A stretch of DNA of 64,000 bases, taken from positions 682,001 through 746,000 of the forward strand of contig ML978126.1 of the NCBI GenBank assembly GCA_010015805.1. The letters run 5' to 3'. Origin of the DNA: Rhizodiscina lignyota. Its lineage: Eukaryota. The first letter of the stretch is position 1; every line of letters begins with the position of its first letter. Shown here in pieces: positions 23,217 through 37,396 of the stretch. A model generated the notes under the pieces. The model was not told where the DNA came from. It ran no database searches and worked only from the letters and a program-made list of their open reading frames with translations. A program made the position numbers and the translations under genes.

Positions 23217-26200
23217 CTACTTTGCCTTCTCCTCTCGAGTAGCGCCGACATTATCATCGCCTCCGGTAGCGACTTCCACGCCTCCCACAAAAACCTCGCC
23301 AACCCCCTCCAACCCTGCCACAAACACGCCCAACATACTCGCAATGACAAACTTCGTGATACTCTCCCCAATATCCAACCAACTGCCCTCGTCCTTAACC
23401 AGCCAGAAGAACCTGACCGTGAGCCAATCGCCCATCACCACGCCCACCATGCCCAGCACGCCCTGCCCGAGCCCCAGCAGCCTATTCAGGATGCCCAAGT
23501 TGGCGGAGATGACCACGAAGGGGACCATGATCTTGAGCAGCAACAAAGCGCCCTGGCTGAAGGGGTCGAAGACGGGTATAAGGCGGTACACGGCATCGAG
23601 GGAGAAGGATGAGATGCTCGCGATATTGCCGGTTGAGAAGAAGGCCGAGTTGAGGAGGAAGAGGAAAAACAGCGAGATGCGAGCGTCTGCGAGCGTCACG
23701 GTCCGGAAGGCGCCGGAGATTTCTTTCTCCTTCTGCTGGGTAGATGTCGCGGCTCCGTTGGACTTGAGCGCATGCCCATTCGAGGGTGGTGCGGCAGAGC
23801 CATTCGCCGCTCTCACCGTCGCGACAGCAGTGGCCAGACGGTGCCGGTAGACGTGGTGCTCGAGGCGGACCCACGTCAGTACCAAGGTGCAGAAGGCGAA
23901 GTAGAAGAGGCCTTCGTAGGAGATTGTGAGGATGATGAACATGGGTGCGAAGGTTAGGAAGATTACGGTGAGGCGGTGAAGGTAATGGTTATTGGGTCGC
24001 AGGCCATGGAGGAATGGAACGGTGAGCGATGCGACGAGGACTATCCATCCGACGACTTGCGTGCCTAGCGGCAGGCCTTGACGCGCTTGAATGGATGTGA
24101 CGCTAGATCGTGTAACGAGCATTGAAAGTGCGATGAGGCCAACCTTTAGTATGTTAGCCTGAGCTCGACTGCCACTTAGTAAGCTCAAATTACCTGAACT
24201 CCCAGGATCGTCCTCGACAGAGAATCCGGCTTCGTCTCCGCCAATTCTCCCTTCGCACTCTTCGAGTCCAGAAGGATGCTCTTCTCCAGCAAAAGGTACA
24301 AAGCACCGACTGCAAACATCAAAAAGCCGCCCACCAATCTATCAGTTTGTCAGAACAGCATTCGGTGAAAACATCCAACACCATTAACGCACATAAGATT
24401 AATGCTCTCCGTCTTGATCGCCGGTAGAAGAGTAAATGTGCTCATCATGGCGCAGCTGAGCGCCCACGTGGCAATCAGGACGACATGTTGTTTCATAAAT
24501 TCAAACCCATACGATGCCGGCCATGCCATTCCAAGGAGATAGCAAATCGTATACATCTCTCTGTGAAAATAGCTCTGTGCCTGTAAAAACTGTCAGCTAC
24601 TCCTGGTCGTATTAAATTTTGAATGGAGAGAGCATACCAGAGCTTCCAAAACGCCAGCAAATAACAGAACCGCAGCAAAGAACCCGAGATATGCTTTGGT
24701 GCCATCTAAATGCCCAAGCAGGATCTTCCGACCTTCTACCCATACGTTGCGACGTGCAAAAACGTCCTCCCAGAAAAAGACGGGAAAGAACGCATAGGCA
24801 TAATACGTTGGTCTCGAGTGCTGAATGAACAAGAACGAATATAGTGCTACAAGGATCGAAGAGAACGCGACTGTCGAAGCCGTAGTGCGAAGCATAGGAG
24901 TCCCGCTGTGAAGAACGTAGATGTCGATGATGGTCGTAAAGGCGAATGCTACAAATCCAATATAGCCCAAAGTGACGAGAGTGCGAAGAAAGAGCCAGTC
25001 GTAAGTTTGTAAGTAGCGGATGGCTTGGAGCGTGGTCTGGACCAGAGCGGTGCAATCGGTAATGGCTTTGTCGTAATCGCCAGAGTCGATAGTCGCTTGG
25101 ATACCCTTGATCCTGTTCTCTGGAGAGTTGACATCGCCAGCAAAATCAGGGAACGCTTTGTAGCCCACTTCCGTGGCCATCTTTTCTTGCTCTTTCACTT
25201 GGTACATCTCCAATATACCTCGCGCATTGACAAGAAGCGCTTCCGCCTTGGCCTTTGGTTCAGCATCGAGGTAAGAGAGTGGCAGCTCTCCGACTGAATT
25301 GACAGGAAATTCCAGTCCCGCCAAATATGCCATCAGTGCGGCCACATCTGCTTGCGCAACATCATGTCGCTGAACATGGCTCAGTCCCCAGTCAGACGAG
25401 AACTCATCTTCATGTCCAGGGGCGATTCCTTTCTTGACAGTGACAGGTTTCGCGACTCCAGAGCCCCAGGCAATAAGTGGTGTGCGTGTATTGTCCGGAT
25501 GTCCGTCGCCGTGACTACCCCAATCGCTCATGCCATGATCTGCGGTGAAGACAAACGCAGTCTTTCCGTCGCCGTAAAAGCGCTCAATGAGCTCTGTAAT
25601 CTCTTGCACGCCTTGGTCCACAATCTTGATGTTGTGTAAATATTCCTTTGAATACGGGCGGAATGCGTGGCCGGTGGTATCGAGTCCCAGCAGATGCAAA
25701 AAGAACACAACTTTGTCATCCTGCAGAGCTGCATGCAACGTCTCATTTTTCTTCGCCTCCTCAAACATCGCCTTCACCTTGTCAAAGACCCATGTGTCTA
25801 GTTTCGTCGCTTCTGCGGTAAAGTCCTCTTCTTCTGCGCCATAGCAGTCCGCATCGATTCGTCCAGGTACCGCTCCTTCTTTGAACATTGGCAGAATATC
25901 CGGACTACCCCAGCTCCATGTGTGGCGACTGCGGTTGAAGACACTATCGAAATTGACCGGATTCAACTTCCATCCGGTCATGACGGCAGAGACATCCTCG
26001 TACAGTCCCGCAATGAGCGCGACATGACCGGGACGAGACTCGGTCGGAACGCGAGTATGCGAGACACCAAACGTGCCATGTGAAAGCACTCGTGAGCGAA
26101 GAAATGGGGCGAGTGGACGTGGAGTCTCCGCGTCGTAGGAGGGATCGTCTGGTGGGGAAGGATCTGGGAAGGACTGGAAAGCCTTGTCTGCGCGAAGACC

Positions 26201-26440
26201 ATCTCCTGCGAAATTCGGTAAATATTCATGTACGACAAAAGAGTTTCAGACATTCGCATCTCCCGACTTACCCACGAAAAGCACCAGTCGCCTTGCCGGT
26301 GGTTCTGGCGCATCCACGCCAAATGGGCGCATTCCAGAAACGATGGGACTGACAAAGTATATATCGAAGATGGACCACGCGTAGATGAGGTGGAATATGA
26401 CCGCGACGGCCAGAAAGCCGCGGCGACCCAGTCGCGCCAT
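23217..26440 (-). CDS. MCD4: GPI ethanolamine phosphate transferase 1 (Mcd4/PIG-N), multi-exon
   Basis: IFDIYFVSPIV, RLVLFVGDGLRADK, SHTRVPTESRPGHVALIAGLYEDVSAV, FTADHGMSDWGSHGDG, and the C-terminal PigN membrane domain FFSTGNIASISSF...VKDEGSWLDIG. Confidence 0.96.
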
Positions 26441-27431
26441 GGTACAAAAGGAGCGGCACGTCTCTGAGAGACTGGCGGGTTCGAAGACGCGTTGATTGAC
26501 GTGGGTGAAAGTTCACTGCTCGCAATTGCGGACACTTTGGCCCTTGATGGCCTTTTGACAGGGGTGGAGGCGGCACGCCCGACGCCTCCTTTTTCTGGCG
26601 TCGCCTTGTCGAACTTAAAGTTGACCTCACTAAAGACATATCTGCCCTTGAGAAATGCGTTTCCATTGCCTGGCCTTGGTGTACGTGAAGTTCGTGTCCA
26701 ATGTCAACATTACTAGCAAAGGGTACCTTCCAATCTCAAGATACTATTTATATCGAGGGTTAGGGTAAACAAGCACATTCTTGGTGCAGAGAAAAGAGCC
26801 TCCGTATCCTTTGGAGGGCTGAAATAAAGTCAAAATGAGGTAGCCTGGGGCTCCTCAGATGCCCCCATCAGTTTTCTATGCGTTCTTTCATCTGTGCGTT
26901 GACTAATTCCCATGTTCATGTAAATGATGCATTTTAGGATCCACGACAACATAAAAAGTATGCGGACATATCCCGTCTCCAAGGCGGAGACCACACCATT
27001 GACATACCCCAAATCTAAGATTTACGAAACGGTTTACGCACCGCACCGCAACATCTCAATGGCATGCACAAAAAGACAAGTCAAATGTTCTCTTCAATAC
27101 GGGCGAGAGTAAAGCATCACTCGCAGCCACATGCTCTAGCTAGGGGGTATTAAGCGTACACAGCCTCGTTGAACGTAACCAATCTTGACCAAATATACTG
27201 TGTATCCCAGGGTTCTCCAAGTTGCGGCGCAATCTTTTGTCATTCACGAGGTAACCGGCGCCACCACCCATCCACGAGGGAACTGTTCGCCTTGCGATCC
27301 CATCCAAACAGTCTTATCGCCAATTTAGTTCCTATGCAATACTTTCCACGTCCTCTTCTGGCCAACTTTCATTCCGGTGTCCCTATTCACGCCATCAAAG
27401 GACCTGAAGCAGGCGACGAGGCCTGCATTAT

Positions 27432-28175
27432 CTACGTCCTCTTCGTCTTCTTTATCGTCTTCTTCGCCATCAACTTGTTGTAGTAATCCTCCGTAAACGT
27501 CCTAACCGCGATAATGTCCGCAGAAACGTTAGCAGGCGTTTTCCACCACTTGAAGGTGACCTTCTCAAAGCCGGTCAGTCGCGCGAGAGGCCTCACGTGG
27601 ACGTCGTTGACGCAGTGGTTAGGCGTGTACTTTCTAATGTTCCAGGGAAGAGTAGGAAACATGAAGAATGGTGGGGCCGAGGAAATGATGAGGTGCTTGA
27701 AGCTCTGCCTGTTCGGGCTTGGATGGATGTACTTCTCGAGCGCCTCCAGCGCGTGCAAGGTGTGCTTGCCACGGCATTCGACCGTGTGGCCGCACTCTTC
27801 CAGATCGTACACACACCTCCAGGCAAACCAGGCTAACTCTAGGTTGATGACCGCCTGGCGGCCCTGCTTGCCGATGACTTCGATAAACTTGGGCACGAAC
27901 TCCACGTTGACGATGAACACCGGTTTCAAGCGGCGCATCACGGCGAAGGCTTCCGCTCGCATGCGGCGGTTGATGCTAAGCACAGAATTGACGCCCTGGC
28001 GGATTTCGTGCGTTCGAGTGCCATTTTTGCGCCGGAGCTGATGGTTTGCTGCAACTCGGATCTGGTTGGGGATGAATTGCGCGTAGATCATCTCTCGGAT
28101 CTCTAGAGGCAATGTGGTGAAGAGATTGTATAGAGTCGGGGCATTGCGTCTGACGCGGTTGCCTTTGGGCGGCAT
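27432..28175 (-). CDS. Hypothetical protein with N-terminal F-box-like motif
   Basis: LFTTLPLEIREMIYAQFI followed by SINRRMRAEA, typical of fungal F-box-like orphan proteins; intronless, 247 aa. Confidence 0.7.
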   Translation of the reverse strand: MPPKGNRVRRNAPTLYNLFTTLPLEIREMIYAQFIPNQIRVAANHQLRRKNGTRTHEIRQGVNSVLSINRRMRAEAFAVMRRLKPVFIVNVEFVPKFIEVIGKQGRQAVINLELAWFAWRCVYDLEECGHTVECRGKHTLHALEALEKYIHPSPNRQSFKHLIISSAPPFFMFPTLPWNIRKYTPNHCVNDVHVRPLARLTGFEKVTFKWWKTPANVSADIIAVRTFTEDYYNKLMAKKTIKKTKRT

Positions 28176-29161
28176 GTCTAGATCGGATGTTGTTTGTGTC
28201 GCTGGAGCATCGACATTTCACTTCTACGGAGTGAGGTCAGAGAAAGATGGAATATTTATACACAGCAAAGTTCGGTTGCAAAAAAAGGTCTTGGCAAGTT
28301 ATACAGAGTAATATCTTACCTGTAATGTTGCTCTTAAGTGAAGTGGCAAAGTGAGCCGAAGTGGTTGATTGAGGATGAAAGCTTCAGTGCAGAGTGCGGC
28401 TTTATATACACGACCACGGCTAGGCAACAACGCGCCTCTGCGAGCGGGATACGAGGCCTCGAATGTGGGCGTGCCTCGACTCGAATGTACGGGTGTGAAA
28501 AAAATCGAGGGCCATGGAGAGGTTTATATACACACTAAGACTGACCAATAAGAAGTCCCCTTGACCAGAGTGCGCATCCTGGCATCCAACGGTACGCGAG
28601 GAGTGCAAGGCACGCGCTCAGTCGAGAGATGTAAGCTCTTATCTTATCTTATCGATAAGCCTAAAGCGGCTTAGTAGGCCTTACCAAAGGGGATATATTC
28701 GACCTTGAATAGGCTTAGAGAGTGCTCGAAAGGGTTCGATATGGTTATACACTCGACATCCACACCAATCTAAGGAGGCGAGGCAGGATCCAGTCCATTG
28801 AGACTACTGGTCGTGAATTGCCTACGGCACCAAAAACTCGGCCGGAAGCGTACGTCCCAGAGGGACAGTCATGAATATCACGCCACAGTCGCAGTCTTGC
28901 AAAGTGCCATGTAGCACAATACAACCGGGTGTCATATAGTTACACAACAGTCCGGCGCTCTGCGAAGCCATTGCAAAGGACAAAAGCTCTTGAAAGGCAC
29001 GGAAACTTTCGACCCGCACTCACCCATTGGAGGAATAGCACCTTGGTCAACCCGCTCCATTGAGAGTGCATGAGAGAGCATGCAGAACAGACGAAGCCGC
29101 ATACATACATGCTCCGAAGAAATGGAAATGAAAATGAAAAGTGGTGTAGTGCATCGACGAT

Positions 29162-29863
29162 CTACACATCAGGCCAGAATCCGGTCTCAAGCTCCAGCAC
29201 CTTCTTCCACACTGCCACACACTTCTCTTCATCTGCCTTGGTTTCTGCGTACAATTCATCCACTAGCTCGCCAAGAGTCTCGACAAACTGCACAAACTCG
29301 TCGTTCGTCCAGTTCGGGATGAATTTCTCCCTTACCGCTTTCGAAGCTGCATCTCCGCTCCCACTGCTCTCCTCCGCCTTCGATCCTGCGAACTGCCACG
29401 CTCGCAGGTACACCGTCTCCGTAGCCCACAGGAGCGTCATGCCTTCGAGCAGCGAGCCGTTCCTGCCGGTGCTGTCGAACAGGTCGATATAAGGTTGCGT
29501 CGCGGAGTTCGGGGGCGCCTCGTGTGCGTGCTCCGACAGACCGTAGTCTTTAATCACTTCCGAATAGAACGACTCCTCGCGGCGCAGATTCGCTGCGGCG
29601 CCGATCAGGACGTCGAGTATGCGGTGCGGGAGGCTGTTGTTCTGGCCACCGATTTTGATGGATGAGGGGAGCGTGAGCTTGACCATCAGGTGGCCGATAA
29701 ATGGAACGTAGGCATGCTGATAGTGCTCATCTTGGACAAGCCAGGCGATTAGAGTATCGGCCGAGAGAGTGCCTTCGCCTGCTTTGATGAGGAAGTTGTG
29801 TTGAGTTGCGGATTGAAAGAGGTCGCTGTGCTGGGACAAGAGACGGTTGGTGAGAGATGCCAT
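29162..29863 (-). CDS. TenA/THI-4/PQQC (heme-oxygenase-like fold, thiaminase II-like) protein
   Basis: ATQHNFL...WLVQDEHY...LWATETVYLRAW...FIPNWTNDEF...VLELETGFWP. Confidence 0.85.
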   Translation of the reverse strand: MASLTNRLLSQHSDLFQSATQHNFLIKAGEGTLSADTLIAWLVQDEHYQHAYVPFIGHLMVKLTLPSSIKIGGQNNSLPHRILDVLIGAAANLRREESFYSEVIKDYGLSEHAHEAPPNSATQPYIDLFDSTGRNGSLLEGMTLLWATETVYLRAWQFAGSKAEESSGSGDAASKAVREKFIPNWTNDEFVQFVETLGELVDELYAETKADEEKCVAVWKKVLELETGFWPDV

Positions 29864-31300
29864 TTTTGAGAGGACGGATGACTGTTCAGTGTTGAGGCGT
29901 ATAGGGTTCAAAGTTGTGGAGATTCGGAATTTATGTAGTTCAAGAGGGTAGGGTAGATGCTGATGACGCAGCTATTCTTTTCCGCCGAAGAAAAGAATGT
30001 TCGTAACACGAGGCCAGAGGAGGTGGCTTGATTAAGATCGATAGTCTTACTTCACGGCATGTGACATGGTGGGAACGTTGGCATGGAAGTGTGAATCAGA
30101 TGGAGAACTGAAGTTGAAGCTTTGAAAGAAGTGAAAGCGGAAGCGTGAAGGGACGATATCGGAGCTCGGAGTAATGCAACTCTGGTGTCACTTGACTTGG
30201 AGACGAGTGGTCGAATGTCAAACTCGAATGGCGCACACAATGCGCATGTAGAAAGGTACCATTTGTCCAAATTAACCTACCCATGGCTATAGCACCATCC
30301 ATAAGGCTGGTGGCAGGTGGTGGCTTCGTTCGGTACGGCCCGCTCACGCGATCTCGGCCGGTGACGTGGTTACAGCGTGAGGCAGTTCGCGAACGCTTTC
30401 CCAACGCCAAGTGAAGGCTAGAAGTCTGTTGGCTTCAACGAGTTCAAAGGACCGCTCAGAATGCCATGATTGGAATCGCGTCTACACTGCAAAGAACAGA
30501 ATAATCCCCGGCGCTGCGGAGTACCGAATGTTGGGGAAGATGCCACGTTTGCTGCAGAATTGTCCGAGAAGCTGCGCGACGATCGACCAGATGAAGAGAC
30601 GCTTGGAGAGAAAACCTGCCATTTCCAAGGAGAAGATGGCGGAGAGCCGGTGAACTGGATGCTGACTCGGGCGGCGTTCGCATTTCCTTGGTCGTGGAGC
30701 CTGATGCCCGACAGGGGGGTGTCGATAGTTGTGGGGAGCGACTTGGCCCAGCAACGCCTCATTTGCCCAGCAGCTGCGGTGGCACGACCAAGTGAAACAA
30801 GACGGCCGGGTGCAAGACAATTGGACGGCGTGGCAGCGCAATCCGGCCTCGTGCAGCGGGCAATACATACAGGATGATTGCTGCTGCAGAGGATTGCAGA
30901 GAATTGCAGGGCGGGCATGCGGGCGCACGGCCCCATCATCTACCGCCACGCCTAAAAAAGAGTTGGACTCGTCACTCAAGACCTGCTCCATCACCGCCGC
31001 GACCAGCTCTTTTCCTCCAATTCGTCGACACTCGTTCTTCAATTGACCAACATTGTTGCTTCTGCACTTTGTCGTCTCACCCTTACCCCACGGAACAGTG
31101 AAGAAACTCGTGGTCGACGTTCTGCCGCCCAACCAGCCATCGCGCTTTGCCAACCACCATCACCAGCCTCTCCCGCCGTATTTCTGAGCGCCGCCTCACG
31201 AGCTAATCTCGACCCCTAATCCTACCCACGCCTTTACCACGCGCTCTTAAAACAGCTCCCCTGCACGCCCTCCCTCTGATTCCTCTTTTCTCTCTTCATC

Positions 31301-32531
31301 ATGGTGTTCTTCAAGCGACTTTCGCGTTCCAGCCGCTCAAATTCTTACGTCGACGACGGCTACGATTCCCCGCACTCGCCCTCTGCCAACGCAAAGTTCG
31401 ACCGTTACGACGCGGGCGCACAGCGGCCAGATAGTCAACGCCAGAGCCAGAGCCAGCACAACGTGCACTCTAACCCAACGCTGAGCAAAGAGTTCACACA
31501 CGTCAGCCCGCCTGGCAGCTCCGGCAACGACATGTATCGCGCACAACACCCAGATATGTTTGTGCACCAGGGTGCAATGCCTGGCTCGCGAGGAGTGTCT
31601 GGCACGCAGATGGTCAATGGCAATGGGATGGGCCACAATGCTTTGCCCATGGATGCCCCTGCTGCTATGCCGCCAAGCTTGCAATCAAAATCCCTCGAGC
31701 CCACGCCGGACTTGCTCACAAGAGCGTTCAACGAAGCCCTGCGACCGCACCAGGAAAAGCTTGACCAGCTGGAAGCTGACAATCAAGATATGAGAGCGTA
31801 CATCGAGTCACTCGAGCAAGAGAGGGCAGAGCTGCACAATTGGATCGATAAGCGCGGACTGAGACCTGGTACGTACCCACCCACGAACTTTATATTTCCT
31901 ACGTAGCGCTGGAATATTATTCTAACACGCTGAAACAGACGTCCCCCCCTCAATCGCCAAATCAATGGACGCCCCCAACCCCAACGCCGCCCAATCCCTT
32001 TCCAACCAACTCGACCGCAAAATCACAATCGTAAACTTCGACCTCCACCGCCTGCAAGACGATCTCAACGACTCCATCTCAACCCGCCACTTCGCCGACT
32101 CGATGCTCAAGTTCCTGCCCGACCTCAGCCGTCTCTCCGCCCTACCCACCGGCCCCAAATATGCCTTTGACCTGCTGCTCAAGCTTGGCGGCAACCTCAA
32201 CAGCCACGGCGGCCTGGACAGCCAGGACGAGGAGGACAAGCTGGTGCGCAAGGACTTCTTTGATCGCGTGGACAATCTTATGGTGGATATTGTGAGCAGA
32301 CGCTTTGAGGAGGGCGAGGAGTGGCCTGTCCAGCGCGAGATTCGCAGACTAGAAAAGACGGCGACGTACCTGAGGAACTTTGGCGTCGAGTCATACTTCC
32401 CGCGCGCCCTGGATTTGATGAAGTCAGAGTCCGGTGGTGCTGGGTATGGAAGCGACGGGCAGCATTCCGGTAGCGCAGGTGTGAATGGTGTCGGTGGTGG
32501 CGTTCCGAACGAGAATCCACCCAAATACTAA
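31301..32531 (+). CDS. Conserved fungal hypothetical protein (2 exons)
   Basis: Intron 31869-31938 joins ...WIDKRGLRP-D-VPPSIAKSMD...; helical C-terminal domain LDRKITIVNFDLHRLQDDLND...LLKLGGNLNSHG; coding-like composition. Confidence 0.8.
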
Positions 32532-34172
32532 GGCTTGAGTACCTGCATGGGAAAGAGCTGGATACGGCCGATAGTGTACTGGCATGGACTGGGGAGTTAA
32601 GCGTGGCGTTTTGCGTTTTGGATGCTCACACGATACACAAAAGCGGGCATTGGGTATGATTGCGAGGCTGGTGTACCGGTCTCTAACTTGGATGGCCGAC
32701 CTACATACAGCAATGTCTTCTCCTGTCGATAATACTTTTTCCATTTTGCCGACTTCGATGCGGCACGATCACGAGCTTTCGAGACCTGTCTTTGCTAGTT
32801 TTGCCACAAAATTCACTATTAGTATTCTAATGCACACATATGACTACTCTGTTCTCTGTTCTTTTCTTTGTTCTTGGTCATGAATTGACACGATCTCCCA
32901 GTGGATTGGGCAAGGTGGACTCGAGCACCTGCTACTTCTTCTTTGCTTTCGCCAAGTTCGACCAGGCCTTTTTTCAGTTTGCGCTGTTCCGCAATTAAGT
33001 GTTTGAGCATGACAGGAGTCAGCTTGTCACTCGCCCGAGCATTGAACCACTTTGAATTTGCGTAGCCGCGTAGTGTACTGCTATTCAGGCCGAATATTGA
33101 ATGGCTTTGCATTGTGTAAAGCGCGCATTGTATTGCCGATCCCGACTCATTGAAAGCTATCAAAGCAGAAATAACATCATGACTTTGTTTGAAAGGATGC
33201 ATCTTAGAGAAAACAGTTCAACTGCTCCCTCTATCGCCTTGGCTGCGCAGTTGGTGAACTTCATCTTCAGTATGGGAAGCCATACTAATCCTAATCCGAC
33301 CAGGAAGACACGCCGCGGCCGTACATCTTCTTTCAGAGTGGGACCATTTTCGCACTTCCCTTCAGAAGTACCACCGCGTCCTTGATCGACTTCTCTAATG
33401 CGTCCTTCCCGCTCAACTACTTTCCGCTCTTCAATATAGTAACTGCGGTTTCCACCGTCCGCAATCTTAAAGTTTTCTAGATCGCGGTGCTGGAGCCACT
33501 TTACATTCGACACCTCTAGCAGCTCCCCGTAACTGTGCGCGGGGACTCCATTGATCGAAGGTTCGAAGCCGAACAGATACGAAGGAAAGACATTTTGTAG
33601 AAGTGTTGAGTTGAGCTCGCTGATTTGCAGATCTGGTGGTTGGAACGAAGATGTGAGAGCTGCTGAGAAGTTGAGAATTGGAGGGAAGGAAAAGTAGAGA
33701 ATCGAAGGAGAGAGGCCGAGAAATGAAAGGAATAAGTAGGTCTTCACTAACACCTAAGAATATGATGTTTACTAAACTCGCACAAGTGTTGCTAGGTATA
33801 GAAGAATCTCCCGGTTAGTACAAGGTGTTTGTCGGCTGCAGTTTGGGAGATCACAATGCAGGGAATGCCTCTGTGAAGTACGGGAGATGATTGCGCCTGC
33901 ATTTGAATGTTGGCGCAGGTATACCAAAAGCACATGGTAGACTTGTTGATGTTAGAGCTCCGCTGGAGAGCTCCGCTGTGTTAGTTTGAATGTAATTTTG
34001 ATATATATACGTAGTATCGATATATATAATGTGGTCTCTCTTGAGGAGTGACCTTCAATTTGGATGTCGCGCTTTTGAGCATAGTGCCATGTACGCCGAA
34101 GAACAGGTTTTGACTTGTACGTCGTCCCAGACTGGGCTCTCCCGCACGCCTGCTACACATCCAATTTCATTC

Positions 34173-35885
34173 CTATAGATCTTCCTTGATCTCTTTGGTA
34201 TCCTCAACCTGCTCCGTGACAGGTGCTTGTGGCTTGCCCTCGACGTCTTCACGCACAAAGTCGGCCAAGTGCTTATGCGGGAGACGCTTCGCCACCTTGA
34301 CCGGGTCGAAGATGTTCCTGGATTGAGTGAAGATCTCGTCAATCTCTTCGAGGGAACGTCCTGTTGAGGCATTAGTGTAAAGTGGACAACCAAGAGCCGA
34401 GGAGCTTTATACCTTTGGTCTCCGGGAAGAAGAAGTATATGCAAGGCACGAACGCGGCGTTCAGTGCGCAGTAGACAATGAAGTACCTCCACTTGATATC
34501 TGTGAACCCGACCGGAGTCACCTCCGCAACCAGGAAGTTGAACAGCCACGAGACCGCGGTGGAAACACCACAAATGGCTGCTCGTTGCTTCGCAGGAGCA
34601 ATCTCGCTTGCGTACAGGAATGGTATACCGAGAAAGCCGATGCAGTACACCAAGTAGTACAAGTAGAGAACGAAGACCGCGGCTTTGAGAGCGGAATGGT
34701 TGTTCGGATTCGAGACGAGCCCAGTCATGGCAGCGAAGCAGAGGCACATTGCTGTAGCGCTGAAGAGCATCAGGGTACGACGACCGAATCGATCAACGGT
34801 GACAGAGCAGATGACCGATCCGAGGATAATAACGAGTTGGGAAGCCGCAGCAAGAATTTCTGCGGTTTTCGCCGGGAAGTCGAGATCAGACTCGTAAATA
34901 GACGACGCATAGTAAGTGATGGAGTTTACACCTAGAAGTAGCAATGAGCCTTGCGAAAAGGCACTAGTAGTAGGAAGACTTACCTGTCATCTGCAAAAAC
35001 ATCTGAACTGTTGACGCAATGAGGACTCTGTGGAACGTTCGCTGGGGGCCCATTTCAAGCAACGACTTCAGGGAAACGTTGCCTGATAGATCGAGAGATG
35101 CTTGGATGTCCGCAATTTCCTTCTCCACAGTCTCAGGATCCTCGTGAAGGATTTGCATAATCTCTCGGGCCTCTTCGGTTCGGCCGACCTTCATCAGCCA
35201 GCGAGGTGATTCCGGCATGGACATGATGGTTGACATTACAATTGCCGATAGGACAATTGGGAAAGTCAGGGGGAATCTCCAAGACGCCGATGATTTCACA
35301 TAAGACATGCCGAAGTCGACCCACAAGGCCAGGGAAAGTCCACTGCCACAGAAGATGCCGAAAGCAGAGACATGAGATCCTCGACTTTCAGCCTTCGACA
35401 ATTCAGATTGCCATACGGAGACAGTCGCGATGATACCTCCTGTCCCAAATCCAAGGACGAGACGAGAGACGATGAATTGCGCAAAAGAGAACGACGTGCC
35501 CTGGAGAAGACCTCCAATGGCGTTGAAGATGCACGCGAGGAAAATGGTCCATCTTCGGCCAATCTTGTCGCCAAGGACTGTGCAGGTGAGAGCACCAAAT
35601 GTACCCATCAATGTATACATTGCGATCACAGTGCCTAAGAGTATTAGCTTGTGACTGGATTCTGAACAGTCTTTGGCGCGTACCTTGAATCGTAGAATTG
35701 TGTTTTTGTTGTGCTCCAGTAGTGTCAAGGACATCCATCTTTGGGAATTGTCTGGCAAATGAGGCTGTTGTCAATACACCTCCAGCGGCCGCTTGATTGT
35801 AGCCAAAGATCATCACAGAGAAAAAAGCCTCTGCCCAGATGGCCGTGTGCAGCTTGGAGCCGCGCAGGCCAAAGTAAGGCGCCAT
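34173..35885 (-). CDS. MFS sugar porter family transporter (STL1-like), multi-exon
   Basis: MAPYFGLRG..., IFGYNQA, GDKIGRR, VWQSELSKAESRG, MPESPRWL, VDRFGRR, YASEIAP, FFPETKGRSLEEID. Confidence 0.93.
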
Positions 35886-37396
35886 ATTGCAGTATGAGAC
35901 CACGCTCTCGTCCTGACCTTGGTGAAAGGAGAAGAAATTCAATGATATAGCCAAGTGAAGCAAAAAGGGGAGCGGCTCCAGGATCTCCGCGAAGCTTTGG
36001 CGAAGCTTTTGTAGGTGCAAATGATATACATAGCGCTAAGGAAACAAACATCCGCTTGCCTCTCCTGCTGCGACAAAACCGACGACGTTTACTCCACACG
36101 TCATGTTTCGTGCCGCCGATGATTGCCTGTTTCGTTTGACCTGCGTCAGCGGCCATGTGGTTGATCCTGGCGGACGTCAGGTGGGGAGTATGACCGAATG
36201 GTTCATTCTGGGGCAAGATGCCATCCCAACGGATCCCGCGGAGCTCTAGTGTCCGTTACATCACTACGGTAGCGCGGGGAAATGAGGGCGTCAATCAAAG
36301 CGTGATGAAAATGGCCCACAAGAACGAGTCGTGGCTCTGGAGAAATGTGGAGCGTCACAGTAGAAAACAACTCGTGGCGAAACGTGCTCGCGAAAATCCT
36401 TGCAGTAGTCGGGCTGTCGGAGATACGTAGACAGTTGCCGAAAACCGCCGACAAGCGAGCGTTCCTGACATTGATTACTCCATGCGAACCAACGGGGTAT
36501 TTTCCTCCTAGGCAAGACTAGTAAGGAATTTCCCAGATACGCCCTGCTGCTATGTAAGAATTGAAGAGTCGCATTTGCGCATTCATGAAGCAAAAGCTCG
36601 CCTACAATAGTCCAGCGGCACGCTTGCTGTGAAATTGAGGCTTATTGCGTACAGGCAGGGCATAAGCCGGGAACAACATTCCAAGTCATGAATTGTAAGC
36701 TGTCGTCGACTCGTCGAAGGATGGCCTCGTGAGTCGTACGCCTCATCGCGGATTAGCTTGTACGAAGTGCGGAGTAGTGGTGAGCGCTAAGAAGCCGTCT
36801 GAGAAGATTTCCGGCGGCGCTGGCGGGCGAATTTGACACATTGTCGTTGTTGACGATTAGTTACGGCGATTTGCAGAAAACGGCGATATGTCAAGTGACC
36901 AAAAGAATGTGGATACAGCAGTGGGCATGATCTGATTCACGCAGACGAAAGTTCGGACAAGAACGCAGCCAGTTGACGAAATCGGGATTCTGTCCCCAGA
37001 AAAACCAAAATTGGGGCCCCACATCGCTTTTCTTAGTGTGATGTGAGCGCTCAAGCCATGAGAAGATAAGGCCCCACGGGTTTGAATCATCAGAATACAT
37101 TTATGAGCAAAGTGAGAGATGCAAAGGAGAGTTGATATTCAGTCTGAAGACAGAGAAGTTCAGATAAGCTCCAGCTTGGCGCGCTTGGCGTGGGAAGGCC
37201 TTCTGCCGGGAACAGGCGCCACAACCGCAGATTATCATCACTGACTATTTGGGGAAAGCGTCGGTTCCGGGCGGCCTGGAACGGTCTTTGGCAGGCTCGA
37301 AACAAACGGACGGGAACAACATTCGCGCAGCGTGCTATGTAGATGATCTACGAGAAAATTGACAATGGATTTCATCTGCAAATACTAAATAAAGAA

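Noticed and set aside
29864..30400. Possible TPP riboswitch upstream of the TenA-family gene
   Set aside because: No CTGAGA / GAACTTGATC-type aptamer core or hosting intron seen.
32819..33753. Minus-strand ORFs of 197 and 127 aa between the hypothetical gene and the sugar transporter
   Set aside because: No recognisable domain, non-ATG start for the longer ORF and no convincing splice model; may be a decayed gene.
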